A stretch of 64,000 bases of DNA from a virus (taxonomy: Duplodnaviria > Caudoviricetes), in the IMG/VR virus record IMGVR_UViG_3300021124_000001; one strand, given 5' to 3'. The notes beneath the pieces are model-generated. The model searched no databases and was not told the DNA's origin. It saw only the letters and a program-made list of their open reading frames with translations. A program made the translations under genes and the position numbers. Below, piece after piece: positions 61,003 through 64,000 of this stretch. Each line of letters starts with the position of its first letter. Positions within the stretch are counted from its first letter, which is position 1.

Positions 61003-61199
61003 TTTATTAGTGTTATTGTGGAAAATTTCAGTGAACGCTGGATAGTGAATCTGTCAATGTGTGGTTAATTCGAATAGACTACGTATACAGTTGTTGTAAG
61101 AAAAGACCTTTGGGACGCCTTATGGAATAATCTTACACGTTAAAAACAAACGGTGGTACGGTGAAGGCCATCCATAACACAGTAACACTAATAAATGGT
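60999..61199 (+). ncRNA. Unknown ~200-nt RNA closed by a 22-bp terminal stem
   Basis: ACCATTTATTAGTGTTATTGTG / CACAGTAACACTAATAAATGGT; no ORF in the track. Confidence 0.5.
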
Positions 61200-61204
61200 A
61201 ACAT

Positions 61205-61279
61205 GCGGGTGTAACTCAGAGGCAGAGTATCTGGCTTTTAACCAGAGAGTCGAGATTTCGAAATTCTCCACCCGTACCA
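61205..61279 (+). tRNA. tRNA-Lys(TTT)
   Basis: Cloverleaf, CCA. Confidence 0.88.
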
Positions 61280-61287
61280 AATAATTT

Positions 61288-61364
61288 GCCCTGGTGACGG
61301 AATAGGTATACGTACTGGTCTTAGAAACCAGGTTTTGAGAGTTCGAGTCTCTCCTAGGGCACCA
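61288..61364 (+). tRNA. tRNA-Leu(TAG), short variable loop
   Basis: Cloverleaf, CCA. Confidence 0.85.
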
Positions 61365-61511
61365 AAGGCAGCGGATAGGTTACATTATCCAGTATGAGTC
61401 GCAAGGTACCGCGGTAAATCCTTGGGCAAGCAACAGTACACTCATGCAATGTAACAGGTGAGCAGTGATCTGCTTCACGGAGATACCTCAAGAATGTTCT
61501 CCACCAATTTA

Positions 61512-61586
61512 GGTCTGTAAGTGTTCATGGACGCACGTTGGCTTGTCACGCCAAAAGAAGGGGATCGTTACCCCTATAGACCGCCA
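61512..61586 (+). tRNA. tRNA-Asp(GTC)
   Basis: Cloverleaf, G73, T-loop ATCGTTA. Confidence 0.8.
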
Positions 61587-61591
61587 GTTTT

Positions 61592-61666
61592 GCCGATGTA
61601 GCTCAGAGGAAGAGCATTCGCTTGATAAGCGAAAGGCCGACATTTCGAAATTGTCCATCGGTACCA
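61592..61666 (+). tRNA. tRNA-Ile(GAT)
   Basis: Cloverleaf, CCA. Confidence 0.88.
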
Positions 61667-61859
61667 GAATCCCGTTACTACTTTCGTTAAAGTAGCGTTT
61701 GATTAGCGAGAGAGATCCGGTGGCAGAAGACCGTTAGCGGAGAAATCCAGAATCTGATAGGCAGTATTCCTCTGCACACAGACGCAAGAATAAAAGGAAT
61801 GGACAGAGTAACCGCTCAATTAAGGGCTTGTGTGGAAACAAGTAGCTTATCCTAATTTT

Positions 61860-61944
61860 GGAGATGCCGCCGTAATGGTATGGCAGGAGACTGTAAATCT
61901 TCCGACTTCGGTCACAATAGGTTCGATCCCTATCATCTCCACCA
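61860..61944 (+). tRNA. tRNA-Tyr(GTA)
   Basis: Cloverleaf with variable arm, CCA. Confidence 0.88.
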
Positions 61945-61959
61945 ATGTTAATAATTTAT

Positions 61960-62034
61960 GGGGGCAGTAGTGGGCTACGGGTATCCCTTGCAAGGATGCT
62001 GTCTAGAAGGATTCGATTTCCTCGGCCTCCACCA
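61960..62034 (+). tRNA. tRNA-Ala(TGC), atypical short D-arm
   Basis: G3:U70 identity pair, CTTGCAA loop, CCA. Confidence 0.7.
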
Positions 62035-62051
62035 TAGATATATAAGTTTTT

Positions 62052-62126
62052 GCCGACTTAGCACAGTGGTAGTGCAATCGCCTTGTAAGCGATAGGTCAT
62101 CAGTTCGAATCCGATAGTCGGCACCA
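62052..62126 (+). tRNA. tRNA-Thr(TGT)
   Basis: Canonical cloverleaf, CCA. Confidence 0.92.
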
Positions 62127-62133
62127 GTTTTAT

Positions 62134-62198
62134 GCGGGAGTTTCTAACAACGTTGGGGTCCACCCAATATCTACGTGGAAATCGTAGTTCCCGCTCCA
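62134..62198 (+). tRNA. Truncated D-armless tRNA-Gly(TCC)-like RNA
   Basis: GCGGGAG/TTCCCGC-T-CCA acceptor, TCC in loop, 65 nt. Confidence 0.5.
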
Positions 62199-62205
62199 GT
62201 TTTTT

Positions 62206-62282
62206 CGGAGTGTAGCACAGCCTGGTAGTGCGCCTGCTTTGGGAGCAGGAGGTCGTAGGTTCGAATCCTACTACTCCGACCA
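62206..62282 (+). tRNA. tRNA-Pro(TGG)
   Basis: Canonical cloverleaf, CCA. Confidence 0.93.
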
Positions 62283-62289
62283 TTTTTAT

Positions 62290-62368
62290 TCCCCATAATT
62301 CGAGCGTAGTGCACGGACCGGACTGTTAATCCGAGATTAGCTAGGAGCGTCACCTAGATGGGGAGCCA
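62290..62368 (+). tRNA. tRNA-Asn(GTT)
   Basis: CTGTTAA loop, G73-CCA, T-loop AGCGTCA. Confidence 0.75.
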
Positions 62369-62372
62369 ATTT

Positions 62373-62447
62373 GGTGATATAGCATAGACGGATATGCGGG
62401 GGTCTCATAAGCCTCAAAGGAAGGATCGTTACCTTCTATCACCACCA
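62373..62447 (+). tRNA. tRNA-Met/Ile2(CAT)
   Basis: Cloverleaf, T-loop ATCGTTA, CCA. Confidence 0.8.
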
Positions 62448-62930
62448 TATAAAAACACATTAGCCTACATCAGTACTAGGACGACTGTGCGATAAGCGGC
62501 TACCTAGATAAGCCCGCTAGTGTGTTTCTATATGGTAACAACGAAGACGACATGGAAAGATAGTGCAAAGGTATACAGTTGGTCTGGTTCGAAACAGGGT
62601 AACCCAATTTTATATTGAGCGTAGCATGACTGGCATCGCACCAGTAGTTAGTGGGTTCGATTCCCTCCGTTGTAATCATATAAAAACACATTCGCTTATA
62701 TTTTAACGGCTTGCAAGGCACGGGCGTATAAGAATATTGAGTGTGTTTCTATATGGTATGTAATGGCAGAAATGCGACCTAGAAGCGAGTGGACGAACAT
62801 GACTGTAGGCCACTAAGGTAGTCAACATTACACATCATATAAAAACACATTAACTCCTACTAGCAGGTGGGTAGGTTTGAAGTTCTGATGCTGAACGAAG
62901 GGTTCGAATCCCATAGTGTGTTTCTATATG
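62444..62930 (+). repeat. Three copies of the CATATAAAAACACATT...AGTGTGTTTCTATATGGT stem enclosing different inserts
   Basis: Copies at 62444-62536, 62677-62755 and 62836-62930. Confidence 0.85.
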
Positions 62931-62937
62931 GTTTTAT

Positions 62938-63015
62938 GCGCCTCTAGTTCAACTGGATAGAGCACCGGGCTACGAACCCGTGAGGTTGGGGATTCGAATT
63001 CCTCGGGGCGCACCA
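62938..63015 (+). tRNA. tRNA-Arg(ACG)
   Basis: Cloverleaf, CCA. Confidence 0.88.
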
Positions 63016-63033
63016 ATTTTAGGAGTATTAAAT

Positions 63034-63228
63034 ATGAGTGATGGTGGTAAAGGTTCAAATCCTCGACCATATAGTGTATCACAAGAGCAATTTGCTAATA
63101 ATTGGGATGCAATATTTGGTAAGGATAAGAAATCGAAACAAGAGAAGGCTCTTGATGAGTTGGCTCGAATTTCGGATGAGTTGGGACTCCACTATGATGA
63201 TGTGGAGAATCCATTAGTAAAGAAATAA
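63034..63228 (+). CDS. Small conserved phage protein (MSDGGKGS.PRP type)
   Basis: AGGAG SD, ATG at 63034. Confidence 0.6.
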   Translation: MSDGGKGSNPRPYSVSQEQFANNWDAIFGKDKKSKQEKALDELARISDELGLHYDDVENPLVKK

Positions 63229-63229
63229 T

Positions 63230-63303
63230 ATCTCAGTAGTGTAATGGCAGCACAACGATCTCCAAAATCGTTTGTGAGGGTTCGAGTCCTTCCTGGGATG
63301 CCA
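63230..63303 (+). tRNA. tRNA-Trp(CCA)
   Basis: Cloverleaf, G73-CCA. Confidence 0.88.
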
Positions 63304-63316
63304 ATAAAGGATTGAT

Positions 63317-63805
63317 ATGAAAAATTTCGACATAGAAAAAGTTAAGGAATTCTTGTCAGCACAAGGACCAGATACTAAAGTTTATTTGGGTGCAGACTCA
63401 GAAAGAATTCGTGTAAATGGTGTTTGGTATGCAGATTATGCCTTGGCTGTCGTAGTTCATATTGATGGCCGCCATGGTTGTAAAATCTTTGGTTACGTTG
63501 AACGTGAACTTGATTATGACCACAAAAAATCCAAACCTGCTATGCGTCTGATGTCAGAAGTATACAAGGTTTCAGAATTGTTCCAAAACCTCCAGGACGT
63601 TCTGGAAGACCGTCATGTAGAAGTGCACCTAGACTTGAACAAACAAGACATCCATGGTTCATCCTGTGTTGTCCATCAAGCAATTGGATATATAAAAGGC
63701 ACTTGTAACATGACACCAATGGTTAAACCAGATGCTCCAGCAGCATCATTCTGTGCAGACCGTTTGAAACGGATTCTTGCTGAACAGGAATTGGCTGAAG
63801 CGTAA
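63317..63805 (+). CDS. RNase H-like YkuK family protein
   Basis: VYLGADS, VVVH..G.HG.KIF, RLMSEV, EVHLDLN, KPDAPAAS..AD. Confidence 0.75.
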   Translation: MKNFDIEKVKEFLSAQGPDTKVYLGADSERIRVNGVWYADYALAVVVHIDGRHGCKIFGYVERELDYDHKKSKPAMRLMSEVYKVSELFQNLQDVLEDRHVEVHLDLNKQDIHGSSCVVHQAIGYIKGTCNMTPMVKPDAPAASFCADRLKRILAEQELAEA

Positions 63806-63895
63806 TAGTTCCGGGTTTGTTTACCCCGAGGATGACACGGCGGTTTCGGTGAGATTTAGTTCTCATCGACTCAGGGAGCCTAACGTAAACAATAT

Positions 63896-63969
63896 GCGGG
63901 TATGATGTAAAGGTAGCCTGTGACCTTGCCAAGGTTAGTGTGAGAGTTCGATTCTCTCTACCCGCTCCA
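63896..63969 (+). tRNA. tRNA-Gly(GCC)
   Basis: Cloverleaf, U73-CCA. Confidence 0.9.
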
Positions 63970-64000
63970 GTTTTTAGAATAGTCCGGCACGGACCGAAAG

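Noticed and set aside
61975-62721. Minus-strand ORFs in the tRNA array
   Set aside because: Antisense readings of tRNA and repeat sequences.
62444-62930. CRISPR array
   Set aside because: Repeats are inverted halves flanking inserts, irregularly spaced; no cas genes in the window.
63807-63890. GC-rich hairpin region before tRNA-Gly
   Set aside because: Possibly an ncRNA, but I could not define a convincing fold or family.

Overview
64-kb segment of a large, AT-rich T4-like myophage genome. All supported genes are on the + strand, and the gene order resembles aquatic 'exo-T4' phages. The hsp20 and boxA features suggest a proteobacterial host (inference). 1-27.4 kb: virion/fibre island with a split DUF4815/VrlC-like structural protein, many fibre proteins, five collagen-like (Gly-X-Y) proteins and an adjacent 2OG-Fe(II) oxygenase / glycosyltransferase / methyltransferase cluster. 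27.5-42.7 kb: conserved T4 morphogenesis block (g13, GIY-YIG endonuclease, g14-g23, g3). 42.7-56.5 kb: uvsY, uvsW, g55, g47 (apparently +1 frameshifted), g46, def, DruA-like gene, g45, g44, g62, regA and hsp20 with a ROSE-like thermometer. 57.4-64 kb: about 21 tRNA/tRNA-like genes interleaved with unexplained structured RNAs. Best candidate for an undescribed system: a 38-codon leader ORF missed by the ORF track (59194-59310). It contains all 20 amino acids counting the initiator and overlaps a 1:2 / 2:3 / 3:4 attenuator directly upstream of the main tRNA array, i.e. a putative pan-codon translation sensor controlling phage tRNA supply. Second: three tandem, length-matched collagen chains with S74 chaperones followed by hydroxylase and glycosyltransferase genes, a putative heterotrimeric, modified phage collagen. 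All family assignments come from motif recognition by eye; no searches were run.
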